Shown here: positions 31,252-41,695 of the stretch, piece after piece
Layout: each line of letters begins with the position of its first letter
How positions within the stretch are numbered: position 1 is the first letter of the stretch
Assembly: GCA_963843555.1 (NCBI GenBank)
Contig: CAWJKV010000015.1
Coordinates: 41,353 to 105,352 of the forward strand
DNA: 64,000 nucleotides
Source: an uncultured Methanosarcinales archaeon
GTDB lineage: Archaea; Halobacteriota; Methanosarcinia; Methanotrichales; Methanotrichaceae
Direction of reading: 5' to 3'
Position numbers and translations under genes: made by a program
The notes under the pieces: generated by a model
The model's database searches: none
Told to the model about the DNA's origin: nothing
The model's input: the letters and a program-made list of their open reading frames with translations, nothing else

Positions 31252-31513
31252 CCAGAGTGAGCCGAGAGGACGCCCAGGCATCCCATAGCCGCCCAGCCCC
31301 GCGGCCAAACGCAGGATTTTGCGCTCTGCGGATGCCGCCTGCACCGGAAAGGCGCACCAGAAAGGTTCGACATGGCGTCAACATGCCGGGCAACATGACG
31401 GGGCAGCAGATCGAACTCACAGGTAGAAGCCCGAAGTAAGATATTAATATGCCGGAATATGCCGACGAAGACTTCTTATAAATTAAGTGTAAGTTAGATC
31501 AGGCGAAGTTTGA

Positions 31514-32785
31514 ATGATCGACATCACTAATATCACTCTTGTCGTCTGCGTAGCTCTGGGTTTTGCCCTCGGGATTCTGAGCGGCTTGACTCCTGGACTT
31601 CATCTGAACAACTTCGCAGCCATGCTTCTTGCATTGTCGCCCACGCTCATAACCCTGGGTCTGACGCCCTATCAGATGGCATTGATAATCCTGGCCGCCA
31701 GCATCTCCCAGACCTTCTTCGACGCCATTCCCGCCATCTTTTTAGGTGCGCCGGATTCCGAAACCGCTCTGACAGTTCTTCCCGGCCAGAGGCTCATGCT
31801 GGAGGGCCGGGGCATCGAGGCGGTGCGCCTGTCGGCTCTGGGGAGCGCGGGATCGATTATATTCGCCCTTCTTCTGGTCATCCCTCTATCCTGGGCCGTC
31901 TCCAGCTATTACGATTATCTCATGAAGTACGTGGGAGTTCTTCTCCTGGCAATCGCTCTGATGATGATCAAGTCCGAACGCGGACCCTGGATAGAGGGAC
32001 AGGGCTCGCTGGTGCATTGGAAGTACAAGGTCATAGCCGGCCTGCTCTTCCTGACCAGCGGCCTTTTGGGCATATTCGCCTTCGACCACGAGAGCCTGAT
32101 CAATTCACCCCTGGGCCTGGAGCCGCAGGTGCTCCTGCCTCTGCTCTCAGGAATCTTTGGCGCGTCGTCCCTCCTGCTGAGCCTGTCCACAAAGACGGAG
32201 ATTCCCAAGCAAGAGGAGAGCCGGATCAAGATGCCAGGCCCAACTCTGGTCAAAGCTATCTTCTCCGGCAGCCTGGGAGGCTCCGCCGTGGCCTGGATTC
32301 CGGGATTGTCGCCCTCCGTCGCCTCTATCGCGGCGCGTCTGGGCGCGAGCGCATCGGCGGAGGAGTTCCTGGTCTCCATTGCAGGAGTCAACACCGCCAA
32401 TGCCCTCTTCTCGCTGGTGGCGCTCTATGTAATCGACAAGCCCCGCAGCGGAGCTGCTGCCGCCATTCAGCAGCTTCTCAGCCTGGATCAGGGCATAATG
32501 GTGCAGATGATAATAATGGTGGTAATTGTGGCCGCGGCATCCTACCTGGCCTGCATCGGTGCGGCGCGTCTGGCAGCTCGGACGGTATCCCGGCTGAACT
32601 ACAGATGGCTCAGCCTGAGCGTACTGGTCTTCCTGGTGGCCATGACCTATGCCTTCACAGGATTCTTCGGGCTTTTCATATTCTTCCTGTCCACGGTGGT
32701 GGGCCTGATCGCGCCTGTGGCGGGCATCCACAGAATGCACGCCATGGGGGTGCTGATGCTGCCGCTGATTGTGAGATATATTTAG
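31514..32785 (+). CDS. TctA/DUF112 family membrane protein
   Basis: GLTPGLHLN, IPAIFLGAPD...LPGQR...G.G; many transmembrane helices. Confidence 0.9.
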   Translation: MIDITNITLVVCVALGFALGILSGLTPGLHLNNFAAMLLALSPTLITLGLTPYQMALIILAASISQTFFDAIPAIFLGAPDSETALTVLPGQRLMLEGRGIEAVRLSALGSAGSIIFALLLVIPLSWAVSSYYDYLMKYVGVLLLAIALMMIKSERGPWIEGQGSLVHWKYKVIAGLLFLTSGLLGIFAFDHESLINSPLGLEPQVLLPLLSGIFGASSLLLSLSTKTEIPKQEESRIKMPGPTLVKAIFSGSLGGSAVAWIPGLSPSVASIAARLGASASAEEFLVSIAGVNTANALFSLVALYVIDKPRSGAAAAIQQLLSLDQGIMVQMIIMVVIVAAASYLACIGAARLAARTVSRLNYRWLSLSVLVFLVAMTYAFTGFFGLFIFFLSTVVGLIAPVAGIHRMHAMGVLMLPLIVRYI

Positions 32786-32944
32786 TTGAGCGTCAAATAT
32801 TTCCGATACCTAATATTTCCTGTTTGGGCCAATTCCGGCCTGCAGCCTGTTGAAAGAGCTCTGAATTGCTCTCTATCCAAACCAAAAACCCCTTTCTCGA
32901 CTAGTCTGCAGCTTAACCGCCGTCGCTCGGCCGGCCGCGGCCTA

Positions 32945-33305
32945 GACCCCCGGATCTTCTTGGCCAGGCGGTGATTGGACCACTCATGCAGCACCACCTG
33001 CATGGGCTTTGGCGAGGCGATGGCCTTCTCCACCGCCAGGATGCACCTGCGGGCTGGATAACATCCTGTGACCTATCTCATCCACTATGGTGTGGTCAGA
33101 GTCGAGAGTGCTTTCCACGGCATGCGCTCCTATCTGATCCAGGTCGTCCAGGTGGACGCGATACTTTCCCAGCTTGTGCCCATCCCCGGTCTCATCCGCC
33201 AGCATTCCCGTGGCCGCGGAGCCCAGATCGAGGAGCTCAACCGAGGCGCCGGTCTTTGCAGCGCTTGTCACGGGCCAAGACGCCGCCCACGCGCGCGCCG
33301 GACAA
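32945..33305 (-). pseudogene. THEP1-type nucleoside-triphosphatase remnant, copy 1
   Basis: GARVGG...LGKYRVHLDDLDQIG...IVDEIG...AVEKAIASPKPMQVVLH; no Walker A; frameshifted. Confidence 0.75.
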
Positions 33306-33398
33306 CGCAGCAACCTTCTGCACCAGAGATGATGAACAATTTTTTATAATCCAACGCAGAAATAGGGAGTAGTTATTGCGATTGGAAGTTTGGTGAAA

Positions 33399-33602
33399 AT
33401 GGCTAGCAGAGATCAAATCATTGATAAAATCAGGATGCTCTCCGAAGAAAGCTTGAGTGAAGTGGCAAATTTCCTCGATCAAATGGATGAAAAGGGCAAA
33501 AAGGAATCAAGGGCCAAAGGAGATCTCCTGTCTACAGTCATTGGTATCTGCGAGGGACCGGCAGATCTTGCCGAAAGGCACGACAAATACGCCTATGAAT
33601 AA
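33399..33602 (+). CDS. Putative antitoxin (VapB-like)
   Basis: Small ORF overlapping the PIN gene; ends G..EGPADLAERHDKYAY, typical of these antitoxins. Confidence 0.8.
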   Translation: MASRDQIIDKIRMLSEESLSEVANFLDQMDEKGKKESRAKGDLLSTVIGICEGPADLAERHDKYAYE

Positions 33603-34029
33603 TGCAATCTTTATGGATACATGGGCTTTGCTGGCACTTGCGAATCGAAGAGACAGCTTCCATAGTATCGCTTCAGTCTGCTATGAATCCATATTGGAAC
33701 GGTCTTTTTCGCTCGTTATCTCAGATTATGTCCTTGATGAAACGATTACTGCTTTGTTCAAAGAAGTCAGATTTGATGAGGCAACAAAGTTCATTCAAGC
33801 GCTTCTCGAAGCAGCAGACTCAGGCCAAATTGTCCTGGAGAGGATCGATGAAGAACGGTTCCGTTCCGCCTGGTTGCTTCGAAAGATCTATCGGGATAAA
33901 CCAGATTTCTCGTTTACAGATCTATCCTCATTCATAGTGATGAAAGAGTTGAGAATAACAAAGGCGTTTACTGGAGATACACACTACGAACAGGCGGGCC
34001 TTGGATTCGAGATCATGCCAAAGCGGTGA
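33595..34029 (+). CDS. vapC: PIN-domain toxin (VapC-like)
   Basis: IFMDT.A, DYVLDET, FSFTDLSSF..M......AFTGD.HY. Confidence 0.9.
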   Translation: MNNAIFMDTWALLALANRRDSFHSIASVCYESILERSFSLVISDYVLDETITALFKEVRFDEATKFIQALLEAADSGQIVLERIDEERFRSAWLLRKIYRDKPDFSFTDLSSFIVMKELRITKAFTGDTHYEQAGLGFEIMPKR

Positions 34030-34049
34030 AATGATGGATGTTGGGCAGC

Positions 34050-34510
34050 TAGTCCAGAACGCTCTATCTCTTCCCCCCTGAGCTCCTTCCCAATCTCCTC
34101 CACCAGTGAGTCCTTTACTCCTGAGTCACAGTTATCACCTTAAACGATCCGCGGATCTTCTTGGCCAGACAGTGACGGGATTACTCATGCAGCACCACCA
34201 GCATGGATTTAGGCGAGGCGATGGCCTTCACCACCGCCAGGATGAATACGGCGCAGGATAGCTCTATGGGCCCGATCTCATCCACGATGATCAGTGTCAG
34301 AGTTCAGGGCGTTCTCCACGGCTTGGGCCCCAACGCGGTCCAGGTCGTCCAAATGGACGCGATAATTTCCTAGTTGGCCCGTCCTCGCTCTCATCGGCCA
34401 GTATTCCCGTGGCCCCGGTGCCAGATCGAGGAGCTCAACCAAGGCGCCGGTCTTTGTAGCGTTTGTCACGGGCCAAACGCCGCCCACGCGCGCGCCCGAT
34501 AAAATGTCTT
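34050..34510 (-). pseudogene. THEP1-type nucleoside-triphosphatase remnant, copy 2
   Basis: GARVGG...LGNYRVHLDDLDRVG...IIVDEIGPIEL; similar at DNA level to 32945..33305; frameshifted. Confidence 0.75.
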
Positions 34511-34562
34511 TTGCCAATTGAACCCCTAAGAGTTCACCAAAAAAAATTTATATTCTGAAGGA

Positions 34563-35742
34563 TTACACCATCTCCAGGCCCCGCTCGAAATCCGCCAGGA
34601 TATCTTCCGCATCCTCTATGCCCACGGACACTCTAACCAGGCCGTCGCTGATTCCCAGGCTCTCTCGCGTCTCCCTGGGCATGACGGCATGGGTCATGGA
34701 AGCAGGATGCTCAACCAGAGTATCCACCGATCCCAGGCTGACTGCCAGACTGCAAAGCGAGAGATTGTTCATGAGACCGCGGCCGGCCTCCATACCACCC
34801 TTCAAGTCAAAGGAGAGCATGCCACCCCACCCACTCATCTGCCTCCTGGCGACAGAGTGCTGCGGATGGTGGGCCAGGCCCGGATAGTTGACTTTTTCTA
34901 TTCTGGGATGCGAGTCCAGGAATTCGGCAAGCTTGGTGGCATTCTCTGCATGTCTCTCCATGCGCAGGTGCAGCGTCTTCAGGCCTCTCAGACAGAGCCA
35001 GGCCTCATGTGTTCCCATGGTGCCCCCTGCTAAGAGAGATGGACGCTTCATGCTCTCTATCAGCTCACTCGATCCCACAGCCACTCCTCCCAGGAGGTCG
35101 CCATGTCCGCCGATGTACTTGGTGCAGCTCTCGACCACAATATCTGCTCCCAGCCGCAAAGGCTGCTGGAAATAGGGAGTCGCGAAGGTGTTGTCCACGG
35201 CCGAGATTGCTCCCGCTTCCTTTGCGATTCTGCTTATTTCGCCAATATCGCTCACCGCCATGGTGGGGTTGGCAGGCGACTCCAGAAAGACCATCCTGGT
35301 GTTATCTCGCATACTTGTCCCGAACCCTCTCCGGGTCGGTGGTGTCCACAAAGCTGACCTCGATTCCGAATTTGGTCAGAAGCGAGGAGATGAGCCCATA
35401 GGTCCCACCGTAGATGATGTTCGTGGACAGCAGATGGTCTCCGCACTTCAGCTGGGAGAGGAAGAGAGCAGTCTCTGCGGCCATGCCCGAGGAGAAAGCG
35501 AGACCTGCCTCGCCGCCTTCCAGAGAGCAGATCTTTTCCACGAAGGCAGCATGCGTGGGCGTGTTAGGAGGCGCGCGAATGTACCTGTATCCGGGCGCGC
35601 CGGAAAAGATCGCAGCCGCCTGCTCGGCACTCTCGAACACGTAGGTGGAGGTCTGGTAAATGGGTGTGGCGTGGGCTCCATAGGGATTATGACCCTCTCC
35701 TGCGTGGACGCATCTGGTGCCAAAACTCTTCTCTCTCTCCAA
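34563..35742 (-). CDS. Cys/Met metabolism PLP enzyme (methionine gamma-lyase / cystathionine gamma-synthase family; frameshift near 35320)
   Basis: TPIYQTST, FSSGMAA, ESPANPT, DNTFATP, SCTKYIGGHGD, AVSLG, LVRVSVGIED. Confidence 0.92.
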
Positions 35743-35820
35743 AATTGTTCACCTGGATATAATATCGTTCCAAATGGAAATAAGATTTCCCTTCCGGAAG
35801 AGAGATTGGAGCATCTTATC

Positions 35821-36198
35821 TTACCTGGAATGATGTTCCATCAGGTAGCCAAAGCCGAAAGTGATAGTTGGAATTATGAGATACGTTACCCCAATATCCG
35901 TCGCATAATCCCAAAGGGACATTCTTAAGGGACCCAAGATGAAGATCAGTAGGTCCAGGATTATGCTTATCAAGAGCCACGCGATACCAAGAAAAATACC
36001 TTCCTTCTGAAAATCGCTCTTAAGTCCTGACAGATAAATTACGGCAAAGAATACTGTCCAGATCGTGATTACTACAGGCATGATCGATTCAAAGAGCGGC
36101 CGCTGTGAGGCGTGGAGTGGGAATATTAGAAATGATACCACAAATGGTATCAACCAAATGAAAAAGCCATAGAGCCCTATCTTCAGATATTTATTCAT
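35821..36198 (-). CDS. Small four-helix membrane protein
   Basis: 125 aa with four hydrophobic segments. Confidence 0.75.
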   Translation of the reverse strand: MNKYLKIGLYGFFIWLIPFVVSFLIFPLHASQRPLFESIMPVVITIWTVFFAVIYLSGLKSDFQKEGIFLGIAWLLISIILDLLIFILGPLRMSLWDYATDIGVTYLIIPTITFGFGYLMEHHSR

Positions 36199-36613
36199 TT
36201 ATCCAGCACCTTCCGCAATCCTCCCAGAATTTTGCTGATCTACCTTTTTGAATGATATCGGATAATCTTCGGATATTTATAAATTCTTCGGAAGAAGAAT
36301 GGATAAGAATGGGATGATCCAGGAGCCTGAGAATGGATCTTAGTGGATGATTAAGTCTCAGGTACATCATATTTTAATCCTGGAATTTGAATTGGATTTG
36401 TGCCCAAAAAAGAGAATAACTTTTGGCTTAGAGGCAAACCTTTTTAGCCTCCTGTGGCCTAGATTTTTGCAGGGAGGCGTCAGACTTTATACCCAGCTGT
36501 ATCCGGCCAGACCAAATCCATCCGGAAAGATGGTTTACAGATGCCAATCCAGAGGCATATCAGCAAACTCGCGTCTTTTTGACCAAATCCATTACACCGG
36601 AGGTTCGAGCCGA

Positions 36614-37297
36614 ATGATCCGGGCCCTGGCGGTTGATATCGACGGTACTCTGACCGATCAGAATCGGGTGCTCTGTCCCGCGGCTGTAGAAACCATGCGC
36701 AAGCTGAATGTGCCCGTCATTTTGAGCACAGGCAACACCCATTGCTTCTCCAGAACGGTTTCCATCCTCCTGGGCACACCTCGTATATTCATTGCAGAGA
36801 ATGGAGGCGTGCTCTCCCACGCAGAGGATGATATGGAGATTCTGGCAGACCAGCAGATCTGTCTGGATGCCTATCAGAAGCTGGCAAATGAATTTCCCCT
36901 GCACAAGTTCGAGACTGCTGGACACAGATACAGATTTACAGACGTTACCTTGCAGCGTGACTTCGATGTACCGGCAGTTGCCAGGCGCGTACAGGAGCTT
37001 GGCCTGCCTGTGGACATCGTTGACACCGTCTTTGCCGTGCACATCAAAGATAAGAGAGTCGACAAAGGAACAGGCCTTCAGCGCATTTCAGAGCGCATGC
37101 AGATCGACCTTTCTGAGTTCGCTGCCATTGGCGACAGCTTGAGCGACGGTCCCCTGTTTGAGCGGGCAGGCTTTCGGGCCTCTGTAGGGAATGCCAGCCC
37201 TAATTTGAAGGCGATGTCCGACTATGTAGCCAGGGCTGGATACGGGAATGGATTTGCAGAGATAATCAACTTCATGGCTGAGCAGAAAATGATCTAG
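36614..37297 (+). CDS. Phosphoglycolate phosphatase (archaeal HAD IIB)
   Basis: DIDGTLT, STGN, AENGG, VDKG, AIGDSLSD. Confidence 0.9.
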   Translation: MIRALAVDIDGTLTDQNRVLCPAAVETMRKLNVPVILSTGNTHCFSRTVSILLGTPRIFIAENGGVLSHAEDDMEILADQQICLDAYQKLANEFPLHKFETAGHRYRFTDVTLQRDFDVPAVARRVQELGLPVDIVDTVFAVHIKDKRVDKGTGLQRISERMQIDLSEFAAIGDSLSDGPLFERAGFRASVGNASPNLKAMSDYVARAGYGNGFAEIINFMAEQKMI

Positions 37298-37941
37298 AGC
37301 TTCTCCATCTTCCCAAGCAGCCTCGCCCAGTTGTTCTCGCAGATGATCCACCAGCCCAGGGTCTCCTTGGCAAAGATACGCGCTGCCGGGCAAAAGGCAT
37401 CGACGGCTAAATTGTAGGGCATCTCCTGCAGCGGAGGATGAAGCGGATATTTAGTGCAGGTGAGGGGCCTGATATCGTAGATCTTACAGCCCCTCAAATT
37501 CTGGTCATAGAATGGGCAGGGTTGTTTGAGCACCCAGATGTCGGGGGCTTTTTCGTATCTGCAAAGCGTCTTGAGCTTCTTTTTTCCAACCCTCCCGGCG
37601 ATTCTCTCAAAATCCTCTCTCTCCAGCAGGAGGCCGCCCCCAGGGGTTTCGCAGCACAGACCGCACTTCTGGCAGCGGAATCGTTCCCAGAAGAGCTCTA
37701 CCCCCTGGTCGGAGTCTTCGCGCTCATCGCGGGCGGGCAGGGGCAGGGAGATGTCGAAAGGGATCTTCTCACCCTGGTCAATGCGGCGAAATTGCTCCTG
37801 CTTCTTCAAGGCGGACCAGTGGGGACGCATCTCAAGGAGGGGCTCGTGGCGTCCCTGGCGCTTCTCTTCCACGCAGGAGGAAAAGCATAGCTTGTGGCAG
37901 AGACCGCGCACCTGGGCTATTTGGTCAATGCGGTCGTTCAT
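37294..37941 (-). CDS. YkgJ family cysteine-cluster protein
   Basis: CQKCGLCC, PCPFY...CKIYDIRPLTC..YP. Confidence 0.88.
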   Translation of the reverse strand: MNDRIDQIAQVRGLCHKLCFSSCVEEKRQGRHEPLLEMRPHWSALKKQEQFRRIDQGEKIPFDISLPLPARDEREDSDQGVELFWERFRCQKCGLCCETPGGGLLLEREDFERIAGRVGKKKLKTLCRYEKAPDIWVLKQPCPFYDQNLRGCKIYDIRPLTCTKYPLHPPLQEMPYNLAVDAFCPAARIFAKETLGWWIICENNWARLLGKMEKL

Positions 37942-38121
37942 ATCTGACTGCTTTAGATGCGCTCTTCATAATTAACGCTATACTCATGAGTAGTATCGTT
38001 TTACTCCTGAATGCTATACATAAAGGTACATCACTTTCGCCCCGCACGGCTTGCCTTTATCTTTTGCAAAATGCCTCAGCTATTCTATCATTAATTGATA
38101 ATTCAAACTTTGGTGATAAAG

Positions 38122-38586
38122 ATGTCCAAGAACCCCGAATTTGCCAAGTATGCAACCGACCTTGCCCGCCATCAGGATGCCATTCGCTCTGCCAACGAGG
38201 ATCTGATCAAGCTCTCCCAGAGGTTCGGGCGCATGATGCCCAAGCTCCAGAAGCTGGATTCCTCAGCCATACTAACCTGGTTTGGCCTTTATAACAAGAT
38301 CAAGGACGCGGCGAAAAGAGCGGACAATGAACTGGCCACCCTGACGGGCAATGATCAAGCAAGCGCGAACCCGGTTCTGCAATTGCAGATCAATTACTAC
38401 TACGCACAAAGGCAGCGGCTCTATTCCAAGATGGAGGTCATGGACGACATTCTTAACGGCATGATGGAGGACCTTCTGGAGAACGGGAACTTTGAGGAGA
38501 CGCAAAAGCAGGAGATGAGAGTGGCTCTGGATGGAACTATGGAGAAGAGCCGTCAGCACGCAGAGGCGGCTCCCGTCTTGGCCTGA
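38122..38586 (+). CDS. Helical hypothetical protein
   Basis: GGTGA RBS before ATG 38122; long helical ORF. Confidence 0.7.
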   Translation: MSKNPEFAKYATDLARHQDAIRSANEDLIKLSQRFGRMMPKLQKLDSSAILTWFGLYNKIKDAAKRADNELATLTGNDQASANPVLQLQINYYYAQRQRLYSKMEVMDDILNGMMEDLLENGNFEETQKQEMRVALDGTMEKSRQHAEAAPVLA

Positions 38587-38715
38587 ATAGATGGGGGCCA
38601 AGTCGCCATTTATGACGGATTGCATGCAGCCAGTTGATTTGATGCGATGTATGCGTGCAAGAACCATTCGTCTGACATTCCAGCAAAAAAAAGGAGTTCG
38701 GAGTTTGAACTGAGA

Positions 38716-39655
38716 TTAAGTGCAGGGCAGCCAGTCAACGCTAATGGCTCCGCAGGTTGAGTTTCCCCGAGCTGGATGAACTTCTCGATGGAGAAGACTC
38801 CTGTGAGCTCTTCGATGCTGCGGCCATACTCGGCATGGCGGCCTTTCAGCTGTGGGTCGGCATTGGGGTCCCTGGAGATCCAGCCGATATGTGCAATGCC
38901 GATGACGTTGCTATTCAGGTTGGCTTCAAGGACTCCCGTGCAACAGGGAATGGGAGGATACCGAACTTCGAAATAGCGTTCGGTTTCATTTTCAATTGCT
39001 GAAATATTGAGAACATTTTTTCATCATTATAATTTCTAGTCCTGACTTCGGCTGTCTTCTGCAGATGCTCGGTGTTAGTGTACATCTCTGTTATAACTGC
39101 GCCGATCTTGTAGTTCTGAACGCAGAGCTTATCGGTCCATTTCTGGTCGTATGCGCCTGTCTGGTAGCTCATCGGCATGTACTCAAACTCAGCTTGCTTT
39201 GTATAGTTGACGTAGTCCATAGGTCCAAAGCCTGTTGGCCATTGCCGGTACCTGAATTTTATGTGAAAACGCAGGAAATCATCCCAATATATCCAGGAAC
39301 CCCAGGGGTCCGAAATCTCCTTCCCCTGGATCGGCAATCTCTGGCCATCCAGGTTCTGTTGTGTTCCCCGGTTCGTTCTTCCAGATGCCTACCTGTGTAA
39401 AGTAACTCCCTCCACATCCGCTGCCAATCTGCCTCTCGGCCTCCAACTCGGTTTTATCTGTGATTATATTGCCGCTTCCTGATCCCTTTTCAACAAGCTG
39501 GATCCATTGAATCCGGTCTGAGTGGAGATGATCTTCTCCGCGTTCTTGTATCCTGTGCCCTTCACAGACGACTTTTCGTACATGTAATTTGTTGCGCCGG
39601 TTACGCCTGCAAGAGCTATGATCAGAATTGCGAGAACAAACAAATTTTTTATCAA
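38716..39655 (-). CDS. Secreted lineage-specific protein ending DWLPCT (several frameshifts)
   Basis: GGAGG RBS and signal peptide; segments YEKSSVKGTG, EKGSGSG, AEFEYMP..YQ...YDQKW, EELTGVFSIEKFIQL and SVDWLPCT-stop join across frames. Confidence 0.7.
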
Positions 39656-39892
39656 TGCGGTCCCTCCTGGAAATCTTCAGAGATTTTTTATGGTATAAAT
39701 CTATTGGCAAAGAGATACAACATGGATCATCGGCAATATCGTAAAGATAGACTATCTCATCAAGTCAAATTGATACTTATTCCACGTTTGAACGAATATT
39801 CAGATCGGATCTTCACAGTATTGTGATAAGAAATGATCATAATCGTCTATATCATTCTCGAAGATACATTATTGCTTGGGAGGCAGAGATAT

Positions 39893-40165
39893 ATGAATTC
39901 GAGAAGAAGAACTAGTGACTTAATTGCATTGCAGATTCTGAAGGTTTGCGTGGATGGTGCGAGCAAGACTAGGATTGTGTATCAAACCAATTTGAATTCT
40001 GCGAGTGCGAAACCCTATATTGAACATTTGATAAATAAGGGATTCATGGAAGTCATCCCTGTAGGCTCCAGAGTCATTTATAAAACCACGCCTGAGGGAC
40101 TGGAATTGGCAAAAAAATTTAACCAATTTCACAGCGAGATGGATAAGCTCTATGCGTGCGTGTGA
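39893..40165 (+). CDS. Winged-helix transcriptional regulator (HTH_45 type)
   Basis: RRTSDLI..QIL..C..GASKTRIVYQTNLN...YKTTPEG. Confidence 0.88.
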   Translation: MNSRRRTSDLIALQILKVCVDGASKTRIVYQTNLNSASAKPYIEHLINKGFMEVIPVGSRVIYKTTPEGLELAKKFNQFHSEMDKLYACV

Positions 40166-40228
40166 AGCTCTGCAATTCCGACCTCCTTCTCTTGAGTCGG
40201 GCCAATTCCCCATAGCCAATTCAGGAAA

Positions 40229-40795
40229 TCATGGCTGATTGTGGTCGATATCATCTATCGCCCTCACCACACTCTGCCACTCCGGGCAGTAAGACACTTG
40301 ATTGGAGTAGCTTTCGATGTCCGTTCCATTCAGGCTCCAGGGGTGTACGAATAGGATTCCATGTCGATTAGGATCGCTCTTTACAAATTCCACGATATTC
40401 ATGTCCAGGTCGTCGATCAATACATCCGAAGGAATATTGTGCTTGGTCCCTGTCTTTGCAGTGTAATACTGCTTCAGGCAGGGGAAATGAGCACTCAGCC
40501 AAAGCTTTGTTGCCACTTCTGCAATCGGCCTTCTGGCTGTCACCACAAACACATCATGGAGAAAGAGCTGTCTTATGGCATCTTGCGAGCCCTCAATCAA
40601 GGGCACATTCCGCACGTATTCCGGGTCAGCTAATAACCTTCCTATCTCTGACCAGATCTCTTTTCCCTCGAAGCACCAGTGGGCACGATTAATATCACTT
40701 CTAGAATACTTCAGCCCGTATTCGTTTTCAATTACTTTCAGTACGGCGCCGACTTGATCTGCCAATACTCCGTCAATATCCACAGCGATCTTCAA
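40229..40795 (-). CDS. 5'(3')-nucleotidase, NT5C-like HAD
   Basis: IAVDIDGVLAD, VTAR, DVLIDD, PWS. Confidence 0.85.
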   Translation of the reverse strand: MKIAVDIDGVLADQVGAVLKVIENEYGLKYSRSDINRAHWCFEGKEIWSEIGRLLADPEYVRNVPLIEGSQDAIRQLFLHDVFVVTARRPIAEVATKLWLSAHFPCLKQYYTAKTGTKHNIPSDVLIDDLDMNIVEFVKSDPNRHGILFVHPWSLNGTDIESYSNQVSYCPEWQSVVRAIDDIDHNQP

Positions 40796-41130
40796 CTCAG
40801 TCCTCAGTAGATAGTTCGAGCTGAATAGACTGACTGGGGCACTACATGATAAATCTTTCAGCCTGGATATTTTTGGGCGATCAATGAGAAACCCGAAAGT
40901 TCGGAGAAAGCGGAGTCCGCCAGGAGAGTGTACTGGTCTCGCAAGATGGAGGCAGGTTCTATTGGCACCAATCCGACTCTCGCATCATTCCTTTTATCTC
41001 CAAGTCGAAGTAAGCGCGGCAAAGCGGAGTCATTTTTGACAAGCTTGGTGACGGTTTGGCGTCCTGGCCTGATGCACCCCTTCACCGGGTAGTCTAGAGC
41101 CCAAAGACCCAGCTGTTCAGGTTGCACTTC

Positions 41131-41694
41131 TTATAGAGGCATCCCCCACATGGGGTACCACTTGGCCTCGTCTTTCTCGATCGGCAGCTCCTTTTCCATC
41201 AGGGACTTCAGCCGAAACTCCCGGGAGGTGTCGCGCTTCTGGCCACTTTGCGGCACAAAAGGATAGTAAGACCCCAGCTTGAAATTGTAGATCCAGAAAG
41301 CTGTGACGTCTCCTCTGAAGCGGTAGACTGCAGCCAGGAGCTGCGTTCCAAAGCCCTGCTCCATCAGGGTCTGGCATACCATCTGAATGTTGGTTACCAA
41401 ATCCTCGAAATCAGGGTCCGACAAAACCACCCAGATGTAATTGTACTCATCCTTCTGAATGCTGTACAAGGTGCCCGTCTCCTTGAAGCTCAGTTTGAGC
41501 AGATCCTCTATCTCCGTTCTGGCGGTTTCATAGCGGGACGACTCCATGGGCTTGATGCAGACTCCTGCGGCGCCGTCGGGCTTCAGTCCCAGGTTCGCTT
41601 CCATTGTCACAGCAGCCGTGGAGATGGCAAAGAGCCGGTCCGTCTTGGCCTCAGGAAGACGTGTCTTTCCCAGGATGGAGTCCATGAACCCCAT
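41131..41694 (-). CDS. PspA-associated protein PspAB-like
   Basis: DRLFAISTA, DFEDLV, GFGTQLLAAV, YNFKLGSYYPFVP...RD...E...WYPMW; adjacent to htpX. Confidence 0.8.
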   Translation of the reverse strand: MGFMDSILGKTRLPEAKTDRLFAISTAAVTMEANLGLKPDGAAGVCIKPMESSRYETARTEIEDLLKLSFKETGTLYSIQKDEYNYIWVVLSDPDFEDLVTNIQMVCQTLMEQGFGTQLLAAVYRFRGDVTAFWIYNFKLGSYYPFVPQSGQKRDTSREFRLKSLMEKELPIEKDEAKWYPMWGMPL

Positions 41695-41695
41695 C

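Noticed and set aside
40858..41127. 89-aa ORF or riboswitch between pspAB and the nucleotidase, with an 11-bp direct repeat AAAGCGGAGTC (40907 and 41021)
   Set aside because: No recognisable protein motif or riboswitch consensus; two short copies are weak evidence.
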